This document shows positions 27,005 to 38,851 of a DNA stretch of 64,000 nt, piece by piece. This DNA is from Octopus sinensis (lineage: Eukaryota). Under the pieces are notes generated by a model. It saw only the letters and a program-made list of their open reading frames with translations, did no database searches and had not been told where the DNA came from. Each line of letters begins with the position of its first letter. The stretch's first letter is position 1. The stretch is taken from positions 32,488,001 to 32,552,000 of the forward strand of contig NC_043008.1 of the NCBI RefSeq assembly GCF_006345805.1. The letters are read 5' to 3'. Made by a program: the position numbers and the translations under genes.

Positions 27005-28576
27005 AAAAACACGAGAAATACGCCTTCAAGACCTCAAAAAAACACTATTACAACGTCAATATCCCTCCACCCTTATAGAGTATGGAATAAAACGCGCCAA
27101 AGAACTAGACAACACTACACTGAAAACCACCCAACCTAACACCACACACAACCTCAAAATACTTCCATACATTTCCACCCACAACCCCAAAAATATCGAA
27201 GCATACACCACAATCATACAAAACCTCAGTCTACTGTCAACAGACCCAAAAATGAAAAACATTATAAATACACAAAAATCCTCAATGCAAAAGGCAACAC
27301 AAATCTTTAAAAAAACTCTTGACAAATGCCAAACTTCACACCCACATCCACCCCCAACAGTAAAAAAATGTGCACGCTCAAACTGTGGTACCTGCCCCTT
27401 TCTACTTGAAGGCTCTGAATTTACCTTCAAACAAGGTACGAAGTTTAAAATCAAGACTAACTTCTCCTGTTCCTCCGAGAACCTTATCTACGTTCTCACA
27501 TGCGCTGGTTGCCAACATAATTATGTTGGACAAACGAGTCTCCCGTTACGTAAACGAGTAACGGTGCATAAAGAACAAATAAATCTCCCGGAATACCGAC
27601 AAATTCCACTGAGTGACCACTTAGACTCATGTGCTAAAGACTTAAACCCCAAATTCTATATATTCCCCTTCTACCAATGTAAAGACGGGATCACCACACA
27701 GGAGAGAATTAACAAGGAGAATCTCTTTATTGAAAAATTCCAAACACAACTTAATATGCAAACTCCTCGTTGATCAAACTTCCTTTCTCTACCTCACTCT
27801 TCATGGATGGACTAACACAAATATATAAAGATACCATGCATTCATCACTTCAAGCTAAAACTTATATTCTTTAAATATCATTTTTACTATTGTTGTTATT
27901 ACTATCATTTTTATTATAAATGATATGACAATTTGAAATGCAATTGTCTATGCAGATTTATATAATTAGAAAATAATATAAATAAAGTGTTAAAATCTGA
28001 AAGTTAAGTTAACAAGCAATTATATAAAAAAGACAACGCAAATGAAGCTAAAATGATAATTTTATAATTTGGGTTTTATTGAAGAACTCAAAGGAGTTGT
28101 CTCCCCCTACTCACAACACAGGAACTGAAGAACCAGGACCACAATTACTACTACTTCCTGTCCTGCAAACATGCTGAATTTAACAACACAACACATGCTC
28201 TTAATCCCTTTGGATCTTAACACCTCAAGGTAATTTTTTCGTAAACAACCATAAAACTCAAGATACACAACGAACTCACAATGTATCGGAGAACTTATTT
28301 TTAAATTTTGTACATTTTTATCATTATTCTTTTACAAAAACAATGCAATTTTCTTTTTTTCCCCTTCTAATTTTTAAAAAAACTTTTTAAAACATAAATA
28401 TTCTTGACAAGTCATACAATGACGAAAACCAGTTGAATAAATATATATTTATATATTTTATCAATTTCTCATTTTATTAAAATTTTCTTTCATTTGAGCA
28501 TTCTGCATTTAAAAAAAATGTTTCCTTACTTATCATTTCTCCAGTGCGGTCAACACAACCCCACCATTTTATGATC
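27003..28576 (+). mobile_element. Penelope-like element segment 2 (shorter, head-to-head with segment 1)
   Basis: ORF 26970-27773 contains the thumb/linker and GIY-YIG. Near-identical reverse complement of segment 1. Ends ...ccaccattttatgatc then (TA)n. Confidence 0.93.
28399..28439 (+). ncRNA. Minimal hammerhead motif, U3:A8 variant, in the Penelope 3' end (also 25183-25223 -, 28745-28785 -, 31951-31991 +)
   Basis: TATTC-TTGACAA-GTCAtacaaTGAC-GAAA-ACCAG-TT-GAATA. Confidence 0.65.
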
Positions 28577-28607
<31 letters not shown>

Positions 28608-30178
28608 GATCAATAAATGGTGGGGTTGTGTTGACCGCACGTGGAGAAATGATAAGTAAGGAAACATTTTTTTTAAATGCAGAATGCTCAAATGAAAGAA
28701 AATTTTAATAAAATGAGAAATGATAAAATATATAAATATATATTTATTCAACTGGTTTTCGTCATTGTATGACTTGTCAAGAATATTTATGTTTTAAAAA
28801 GTTTTTTTAAAAATTAGAAAGGGGAAAAAAAGAAAATTGCATTGTTTTTTGTAAAAGAATAATGATAAAAATGTACAAAAATTAAAAAAATAAGTTCTCC
28901 GATACATTGTGAGTTCGTTGTGTATCTTGAGTTTTATGGTTGTTTACGAAAAAATTACCTTGAGGTGTAAGATCCAAAGGGATTAAGAGCATGTGTTGTG
29001 TTGTTAAATTCAGCATGTTTGCAGGACAGGAAGTAGTAGTAATTGTGGTCCTGGGTCTTCAGTTCCTGTGTTGTGAGTAGGGGGAGACACTCCTTTGAGT
29101 TCTTCAATAAAACCCAATTATAAAATTATCATTTAGCTTCATTTGCGTGTCTTTTTATATAATTGCTTGTTAACTTACTTTCAGATTTTAACACTTTATT
29201 TATATTATTTTCTAATTATATAAATCTGCATAGACAATTGCATTTCAAATTGTCATATCATTTATAATAAAAATGATAGTAATAACAACAATAGTAAAAA
29301 TGATATTTAAAGAATATAAGTTTTAGCTTGAAGTGATGAATGCATGGTATCTTTATATATTTGTGTTAGTCCATCCATGAAGAGTGAGGTAGAGAAAGGA
29401 AGTTTGATCAACGAGGAGTTTGCATATTAAGTTGTGTTTGGAATTTTTCAATAAAGAGATTCTCCTTGTTAATTCTCTCCTGTGTGGTGATCCCGTCTTT
29501 ACATTGGTAGAAGGGGAATATATAGAAATTGGGGTTTAAGTCTTTAGCACATGAGTCTAAGTGGTCACTCAGTGGAATTTGTCGGTATTCCGGGAGATTA
29601 TTTGTTCTTTATGCACCGTTACTCGTTTACGTAACGGGAGACTCGTTTGTCCAACATAATTATGTTGGCAACCAGCGCATGTGAGAACGTAGATAAGGTT
29701 CTCGGAGGAACAGGAGAAGTTAGTCTTGATTTTAAAACTTCGTACCTTGTTGAAGGTAAATTCAGAGCCTTCAAGTAGAAAGGGGCAGGTACCACAGTTT
29801 GAGCGTGCACATTTTTTTACTGTTGGGGGTGGATGTGGTGTGTGAAGTTTGGCATTTGTCAAGAGTTTTTTTAAAGATTTGTGTTGCCTTTTGCATTTGA
29901 GGATTTTGTGTGTATTTATAATGTTTTTCATTTTTGGGTCTGTTGACAGTAGACTGAGGTTTTGTATGATTGTGGTGTATGCTTCGATATTTTGGGTTGT
30001 GGGTGGAAATGTATGGAAGTATTTTGAGGTTTGTGGGGTGTTAGGTTGGGTGGTTTTCAGTGTAGTGTTGTCTAGTTCTTTGGCGCGTTTTATTCCATAC
30101 TCTATAAGGGTGGAGGGATATTGACGTTGTAATAGTGTTTTTTTGAGGTCTTGAAGGCGTATTTCTCGTGTTTTTGGG
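28608..30178 (-). mobile_element. Penelope-like element segment 3 (mirror of segment 2)
   Basis: ORF 29569-30237 with GIY-YIG. Reverse complement of 27003-28576 apart from mostly single-base indels. Confidence 0.9.
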
Positions 30179-32130
30179 TTACTTCGAACTGTCACTCTAT
30201 GAAAATCAAGCCAGAAAATTTGGACATGTTTCCACACCTACCTATGGAAAACTGGAAAAGGTATTTAGATGTGTTCATCATATGGAAAGAACCTTATGAA
30301 AAACTCCTGGAATTCAAAACCATACTAAAAAACATACATCCCAAATCCAATTCACTATGGAATTAAGCAAACTCATCTCCCATTCCTTGATCTCCTAATT
30401 AAAAAAACACCTAAGAACGAAATCATAACAGACATCTACCACAAACCTACAGACTCACAACAATACCTCCTCTTTAGTTCATGCCACCCAAAACACACCA
30501 AGACAAATATCCCTTTCAATTTAGCTAAAAGGGTATGCACCATTGTCTCGGATCCAAAAACACGAGAAATACGCCTTCAAGACCTCAAAAAAACACTATT
30601 ATTACAACGTCAATATCCCTCCACCCTTATAGAGTATGGAATAAAACGCGCCAAAGAACTAGACAACACTACACTGAAAACCACCCAACCTAACACCACA
30701 CACAACCTCAAAATACTTCCATACATTTCCACCCACAACCCCAAAAATATCGAAGCATACACCACAATCATACAAAACCTCAGTCTACTGTCAACAGACC
30801 CAAAAATGAAAAACATTATAAATACACACAAAATCCTCAAATGCAAAAGGCAACACAAATCTTTAAAAAAACTCTTGACAAATGCCAAACTTCACACACC
30901 ACATCCACCCCCAACAGTAAAAAAATGTGCACGCTCAAACTGTGGTACCTGCCCCTTTCTACTTGAAGGCTCTGAATTTACCTTCAACAAGGTACGAAGT
31001 TAAAATCAAGACTAACTTCTCCTGTTCCTCCGAGAACCATCTACGTTCTCACATGCGCTGGTTGCCAACATAATTATGTTGGACAAACGAGTCTCCCGTT
31101 ACGTAAACGAGTAACGGTGCATAAAGAACAAATAAATCTCCGGAATACCGACAAATTCCACTGAGTGACCACTTAGACTCATGTGCTAAAGACTTAAACC
31201 CCAAATTCTATATATTCCCCTTCTACCAATGTAAAGACGGGATCACCACACAGGAGAGAATTAACAAGGAGAATCTCTTTATTGAAAAATTCCAAACACA
31301 ACTTAATATGCAAACTCCTCGTTGATCAAACTTCCTTTCTCTACCTCACTCTTCATGGATGGACTAACACAAATATATAAAGATACCATGCATTCATCAC
31401 TTCAAGCTAAAACTTATATTCTTAAATATCATTTTTACTATTGTTGTTATTACTATCATTTTTATTATAAATGATATGACAATTGAAATGCAATTGTCTA
31501 TGCAGATTTATATAATTAGAAAATAATATAAATAAAGTGTTAAAATCTGAAAGTTAAGTTAACAAGCAATTATATAAAAAAGACAACGCAAATGAAGCTA
31601 AAATGATAATTTTATAATTTGGGTTTTATTGAAGAACTCAATGGAGTTGTCTCCCCCTACTCACAACACAGGAACTGAAGAACCAGGACCACAATTACTA
31701 CTACTTCTGTCCTGCAAACATGCTGAATTTAACAAACAACACATGCTCTTAATCCCTTTGGATCTTAACACCTCAAGGTAATTTTTTCGTAAACAACCAT
31801 TAAAACTCAAGATACACAACGAACTCACAATGTATCGGAGAACTTATTTTTTAATTTTTGTACATTTTTATCATTATTCTTTTACAAAAAACAATGCAAT
31901 TTTCTTTTTTTCCCCTTTCTAATTTTTAAAAAAACTTTTTAAAACATAAATATTCTTGACAAGTCATACAATGACGAAAACCAGTTGAATAAATATATAT
32001 TTATATATTTTATCAATTTCTCATTTTATTAAAATTTTCTTTCATTTGAGCATTCTGCATTTAAAAAAAAATGTTTCCTTACTTATCATTTCTCCACGTG
32101 CGGTCAACACAACCCCACCATTTATTGATC
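30175..32130 (+). mobile_element. Penelope-like element segment 4 (mirror of segment 1)
   Basis: MENWKRYLD, TDIYHKPTDSQQYLLFSSCHPKHTKTNIPFQLAKRVCTIVS, and GIY-YIG. Ends ttattgatc then (TA)n. Confidence 0.9.
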
Positions 32131-32148
32131 TATATATATATATATATA

Positions 32149-32191
<43 letters not shown>

Positions 32192-32570
32192 GCATGTATT
32201 TATATATATATGTATTTATGTATATATTTCTTTACTACCCACAAGGGGCTAAACATAGAGGGGACAAACAAGGACAGACAAAGGGATTAAGTCGATTACA
32301 TCGACCCCAGTGCGTAACTGGTACTTAATTTATCGACCCCGAAAGGATGAAAGGCAAAGTCGACCTCGGCGGAATTTGAACTCGGAACGTAACGACAGAC
32401 GAAATACCGCTACGAATTTCGCCCAGCGTGCTAACGTTTCTACCAGCTCGCCGCCTTTCTACCAGCTCGCCGCCTTATATGTATTTATGTATATATATGT
32501 GTATGTGTGTGTATATATATATTATTTTTATATATATTATACACATGATATATATATATATATATATATA

Positions 32571-33264
32571 GATTCAGATGAATATGGTAATTAAGTTGAG
32601 GCACCAGAATTTAGTACGTTATTATCCATACAATTTCAAAATATGGTGATTAAAATCAAAATAATCAACAAGGATATCCAGAGGTAATGCAGTACGATCG
32701 TTTCATGCAACTCCATTTAATTGAACAATGCTATCATAACATCAATTTGCTAATGGGCAACCCCTTAATTATCAGCTAACATCTTGTTTTAAGCTTTCCT
32801 TTACTAAACCTCATGACATTGCTTCTAATAAATCTTGATTTTTATGACTATACCATCTAGCATGTCTGTTTACTCCCTCAACTCTACCCCAAACAATAAC
32901 GGCCCTTTGTTTCTCTCAGCCTTAAATATACAAGGGATTTGATAAACTAGTCTATAAATTAAAATTGATCCCATAAAAAAAAAATCAGTGACAGGTTGTT
33001 TCCTTGAAAATTTTAGTTACGACTATGCTGTTGTAGATACAATATATTATTTGTCTATCTCCTTAACTTCTTGGATATTTTAGGTATAATTATACTAATG
33101 TGACCATCTGTTCTGATTTAATTAAATTCTATGTCTTCGTGCAGCTGAAGATTGCTCTACATTTTAAATTGATGTAATGATTGCATTGTACAATTAAATG
33201 GAGTTACATGAAACGATTGTACTGTATTACCTTTGGATATCCTTGTTGCTTATTTTGATTATAA

Positions 33265-33266
<2 letters not shown>
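32571..33266. mobile_element. Non-coding fold-back element in (TA)n with a hammerhead motif
   Basis: About 100-bp inverted arms at 32650-32748 and 33166-33262, flanked by (TA)n. Confidence 0.7.
33140..33226 (+). ncRNA. Type-I hammerhead ribozyme with extended stem II
   Basis: TGCAG-CTGAAGA-[long hairpin]-GAAA-CGATTG-TA-CTGTA. The partial inverted copy at about 32688-32748 reads GAAACGATCGTACTGCA, giving a perfect palindromic stem III and a perfect stem I partner. Confidence 0.75.
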
Positions 33267-33303
<37 letters not shown>

Positions 33304-33413
33304 CCGAAGTCAGGACACCATGATAGATCGTTAGCTCCTACACGCATTTTTTCTCTCCTTTTTTCTCTCCTTTTTTTCTCTCCTTGTTTCTCTCCTTGTT
33401 TTTTTCTGAGTAT

Positions 33414-33449
33414 CTTTCTGTCGAAGAGCGTAGGCTCGAAACGTAAAAG
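33414..33449 (+). ncRNA. Minimal hammerhead-like motif (family also at 38631-38668 + and 58544-58580 -)
   Basis: CTTT-CTGTCGA-A-GAGCgtagGCTC-GAAA-CG-TA-AAAG within a repeated element of about 250 bp in TA microsatellite. Position 6 is not A in any of the three copies. Confidence 0.6.
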
Positions 33450-33639
33450 CATTTTCTTTATTCCTGAGCGCCATACTAATACATTTGTTTGTTTGTACTC
33501 CACCTGCCTTCGTCATTTGTTTATTTTCGTAAACTTTCCCTTTATATATATATATATATAGGCATATAGGCATGTATTAGTTACAGCTCTTACGATTGCT
33601 CAGAATATTGGACCTCATTTTATCTTGCGGATCTCTTCG

Positions 33640-34030
33640 GAGTGAAATCAGCCCACAGCAGTCGCCGACACCCTACAAGGCTCAAGTAAAGAACACATCA
33701 CAATACTGCTTCTAAACCTGCGGTGTTGTTGCTGCTACGTACAAAGATATCCTGAATCGTATCGAGTAAAGTGCTGCGAGACTCATTGGCTTGAAATTAC
33801 TGACACGCTTCACCTGGGCAAGAGGTGCTGTACTCTCTCCCTGTTTTTTTCTTTCGCTGCAGTAAGGACCTCTGTACTTGGAGCTGGCTGTTTTCATGCC
33901 TTCTCCCGATCCACTCGTCTTTCTACCTCTGGCCACCCTTGTTGCATCTTTCCTGCTGGTGTTGACCTCCAACAGTTTAAGCGTCACTTTAACAAGATCA
34001 ACATGCAAAAGCACTGCCTTTTTACTTCAG
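33640..34030 (+). mobile_element. Decayed LINE ORF2 3' fragment (CR1/L2/Jockey-group-like)
   Basis: Frameshifted YKAQV...YC, DILNRIE*SAARLIG, LSLF...C..ELA..MP, resembling the post-RT C-terminal region of APE-type LINEs. Confidence 0.5.
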
Positions 34031-34456
34031 CATAATCATAGCCTCTGACTAAAACCATTTGTAGAATGAATACACACACGTGCGCGCGTGCAGATATATA
34101 TGAAGGAGGATTTTCTTACATTAAAAATCAAAATACCATTAATTATTTAAAAGTATCGAAAAAAATTGACATAAATCTTTTAGAAAGAATTGGCCGTATG
34201 GTGTCGCGCTTTCACAATTTACACATTACCCTTTTAACACGTGAGCTACAAAAGCTGTAAAGAGTGAAAGTGTTTACACAATACGAACTGGTCTTTTCAA
34301 AAGATTTGTCATTCTGGTTTATTTTAAAGATTTTTTTAAAAATAAAAATTGATCATTTCTAATTTAAGAAATTCTCTCTCTAAATGTTGTGATTGTATTT
34401 AGGATTCTTTCTGAAACCCTCATGCCAAAATGAAAAAAAAAAGTTTTTAAATAAAA

Positions 34457-34536
<80 letters not shown>

Positions 34537-34547
34537 TGATGATGATG

Positions 34548-34601
<54 letters not shown>

Positions 34602-34611
34602 TTAATAATAA

Positions 34612-36040
34612 TTATAGACTGAGAAAGTGTGGTGCGTTAGTTTTGAAGAGAGGCAAAATCAAATGTATGGACGGGCTAACGATACTATCGGGGAAGGTTA
34701 GGAAGCAGATAGAAGAGACGGTATATAAGTACTTCGGAATTTTGAAAATGGATAAATGAATGGAGAAAGAAATGACAGAAAAATTTAAGCTGTTGTACTT
34801 GCGCAGACTGAGACTGATCCTTAAATCGAAATTAAATGGACGGAATAAGATCGAAGCTATCAACCCCTGGGCGGTTTCACTCCTTAGATATGGAACAGGG
34901 GTAATCACATGGACAGTAGACAAACTAAACAGCTTAGACAGAAAGACAAGGAAGTTGCTAACTAGATATGGGTCACTCCGCCCCAAAAGTGACACAGACA
35001 GACTGTATGTACCAAGAAAAAGAGGGGGAAGAGGGCTTATTGGATGAGAACACAGCATTAAAGCAGAAGAAAACAACTTAGCATGGTATGTAAAAAATCC
35101 CACAGAACCGCTATTATTAGAAGTACGAATCAGGCTTGTGTAGGATGAAAGATTGCAATGATAAAGCACTATACAAGAAATTGAAAACTAATGAAACTGA
35201 AAACAGGTGGGTAAAGAAAAGAATGCATGGAAAATTTCATAGGGATGTTGAAGATAAGACAGACAGAAAGAAAGATGGCTGTGGATGACTAAAAGTCATT
35301 TAAAACCGGAAACGGAAGCTCTAATCTGTACTGCCCAAGAGCAAGCGCTAAGAACAAATTACATAAAATACAAAATAGACAACACAGCAGAAAGTGATAA
35401 GTGCAGAATCTGTGGACAAAACGGTGAAACCGTATGGCATATTATCAGCCATTGTACGCCACAAGCCCAGAATGAATATAAGAGACGCCACGATAATATA
35501 GCCAGGCTTGTTCATTGGACACTCTGCAAGAAGTAGGACTTGACAGAGCAAAAAATTGGTATGACCACAAACCGGAAGGCATCGTCGAAAATAGAAATGC
35601 AAAGATCCTATGGGATTTTATGATTCAGTGCGACCATGAGATAGTAAGCCGGATATAGTCTTAATTGAGAATATAACAAACTATGCTGGATCATAGATAT
35701 AGCATGCCCAGCTGACAACAAGGTATGCGGTAAGGAAGAAAGAAAAGGTGAGAGATATAACAAGTTAGCTTGAGAAGTTAAGCAGTTGTGGTCGATGAAA
35801 AAGGTAGCAGTAATATCAATAATTGTCTGAGCCCTGGGAACAGTGAGCAAAAGTCTCGAGAAATACGTGGAACAAATAGGGGCTGCAATAAGAGTAGAGC
35901 ACTTGCAGAAAACAGCACTGCTTGGAACGGCTCGAATACTCCGGAAGGTGCTCGAAAAATAAGAGGTGTTACTTTAGTTCACTGGAAGTGAACAGCTGAC
36001 ACTGTAGTACATTTCCAGTGTTAGAAGCTGTGCAAAGGCA
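34612..36040 (+). mobile_element. 5'-truncated R4/Dong-clade non-LTR retrotransposon (RLE type), copy 1
   Basis: YKYFGI, YLRRLRLILKSKLNGRNKIEAIN, DRLYVPRKRGGRGL, ETEALICTAQEQAL, CCHC knuckle CRICGQNGETVWHIISHC, RRHD, and PD..D endonuclease KPDIVLI...IIDIACP. Ends RKVLEK* at 35962. Flanked by (AAT)n at 34455-34610 and (TTA)n at 36050-36125. Stops and frameshifts present. Confidence 0.9.
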
Positions 36041-36060
36041 ATTATAATAATTATTATTGC

Positions 36061-36126
<66 letters not shown>

Positions 36127-38271
36127 AGGGGTGAGCTGGCAGAATCGTTACCGCGCCGGGCACACTGCTTAGCGGCATTTCGTCCGTCCTTACGATCTGA
36201 GTTCAAATTCCGCCGAGGTCGACTTTGCCTTTCACCCTTTTGGGAGTCGATAAAACGAGTACCATTTGAGTACTGGGGTTGATTTAATCGACTTATTCCC
36301 ATCCCCGAAATTTCAGGCCTTGTGCCTATAATAGAAAGAGTTATTAATCAAAGCGGAGAACTTTTATAATCGTTAGCACGCCCGGCAAAATACTTAGCAG
36401 TGTAGGCGCAGTTACCTCCCTTGACAGCGGTTGTTTAAACAAGCTCGCAACTCGATGGCGCAAGAGCGGTTAGGTGCTGACACTAAGCTTTGGCACTTCC
36501 TTTTTTCTCGTCAGACGTCAGACCGTGAAGACATGACCTAGTTGGCTCTGGTATACACGCAGACAGCGAGTAGACATGAAGTAGTACATAGAAGATGAAC
36601 ATTGCCTCCATTCATCATACTCTTTACATTATCATTCAACTTGTGGATATTTGAGACCCAGAGTAAATGTAATTAAAGCTATAGCCTCATTCTGAGAATT
36701 TATTGTACCGTGTTCCTTTATCAAATGATATTACAGCCTTCTGAACAGAGTCTTCAGTAGATGGCTTTAACCTGAGAACACCACAATCTATTGCAGCATT
36801 CCATCCGTCATTTAGTTCAGAGTTCAAATTCCGCCGTGGTCGACTTTGCCTTTCATCCTTTCGAGGGTCGATGTAATCGACTAGTCCCCTCCCCCAAATT
36901 TCAGGCCTTGTGTCTATAGCAGAAAGAATAATTATTGCTATTATCATTAATGTATCAAACTCGGCAGAGGGTGGGATAAAATATTCAGCTGTGTTTCGTC
37001 AAGTCTTCTTTTTCTTCTAAGTTCAAATCCTACCACAAAGCTCGCCTTGGTGTGTGTTAGCCTTCCGGAAATTGATAAAACGGGTACCAATCAAAGACCG
37101 AAATAGAGAGAATCGATTATTTGTTCAACCATAATTAGAATTACTGGTGATTATCAGCAGATAACAAAATCTTTAGAGCGGCCGACAGAATATTTACCCT
37201 TCTGTTATTGTAAAAAATCTGCCGGAGTCAACTTTGCCTTTCATCCTGCTGGAGTCAACTCAGCTTTTCATCCCGCTAAAATCAATGAAATAAAGTATAA
37301 GTGAGTTCAATATAATCGATTGATTCAATCGCACCTTGCAAAAGTGTGTGACCCCGTACTTATGTTTCTAAATTGTCCCCTTTTCCCTTTATCTTCCTGG
37401 CCAGGGTTCAGATGATCCAATATAATTTTTTCGACTATAGGTACCAGTCCTGAAATTTTGTTGGGGAGGGAGCTAGTCGAATACATCAATCCCAGTTTTA
37501 AACTGATTCCTACTTTATCTACTACGAAAGGATCAAAGGCATAGTTGATCCTGGCGGAATTTGAACTCAGAAAGCAAAGCCAGAAGAAGTGCAGTAAAGA
37601 ATTTTGCGTCTTAGTTGATTCAATATAACAGTCATTATTGGTGGCTATTATAGTTTGACAATATATTTGGCTGTATTCCACATGGCATCTATTCCATATA
37701 GTATCTCCTTCTGCAAGAACTTCAGTAATTTTAGCGTGTCATTGACCCATTACGGAAATCTTTTGCTATCTATTTATGATAATTAGCAATGTAACTCGTT
37801 CTCTTTTCTTTTTACCCCTCTATTCCTCTCTCCTTTTTTTTATCTGTTCCTCTGGCATGCGCATCAAAAGTAATTAGCTGCTATGATGCTTTCATTACAT
37901 CTGTATTTCGTTAAAACAGAGACAGGATGTACTTAGCTGAATATTGATTGAAATGTACATTTTAACTCTTCACATAAATTATACAATGGTTTATATATAT
38001 ACATATATATATATATATACACACATATATATATATATATATATATATGTAATTACAAATTGGGATATATATATATATATGGGTGTGTGTGTATATGCAT
38101 GCACGCGCGCGCGTACGTTGATTTATGTGGAACAAATGAGAAAGGTGTGCCCAATACATGTGGAGGATATAGTAGTTTTTTTTTATTGAAGCTGAATTTG
38201 AAGGTATCCTCCAACTCGAGTTTCACGCCATAGCGACCTGATATAAACATACACACATGAACACACACGTG

Positions 38272-38310
<39 letters not shown>

Positions 38311-38806
38311 GATATATATCTAGTTTGTATATATGTTACGTGTAGATATATAATAAGAGTAGAAATTAATATTATTAAATGATATTATTAAATAATATCA
38401 ATTTCAACTCGTGGTCAGCATACTTAAAAATGACCGAGGACCGTGAATTCTATTTAAATATAAATAATATGAGAGATCATTATGTGGATCCCTTGTATGC
38501 TAAAAATAGACGTCAAAACGTCTTACCACTAAATCTGTGTTCTCAACTTTTTTTCCATTCAGTTGCCATACTTCACTGCTGAATCCACAAGTTCTTTTTT
38601 TATTCTCTCTTATTTTTATTTTCTCGTGTTCCTTTCTGCTGAAGAGCGTAGGCTGGAAACGTAAAAGGCTTTTTCACTTTCTCGAACATCAAACTAATAC
38701 ATCTGCTTGTTGTTCACACACCTGTCTTCGTCTTTTGTTTTTCTATAAATTTTAATTAAATATATATGTATGTGTGTGTGTGTATGTGCGCGGGGGGGGG
38801 CGTGTG

Positions 38807-38851
<45 letters not shown>

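Noticed and set aside
27771-27820. Selenocysteine read-through of the Penelope TGA
   Set aside because: The TGA follows the complete GIY-YIG domain, is not at a Cys position, and I see no convincing SECIS.
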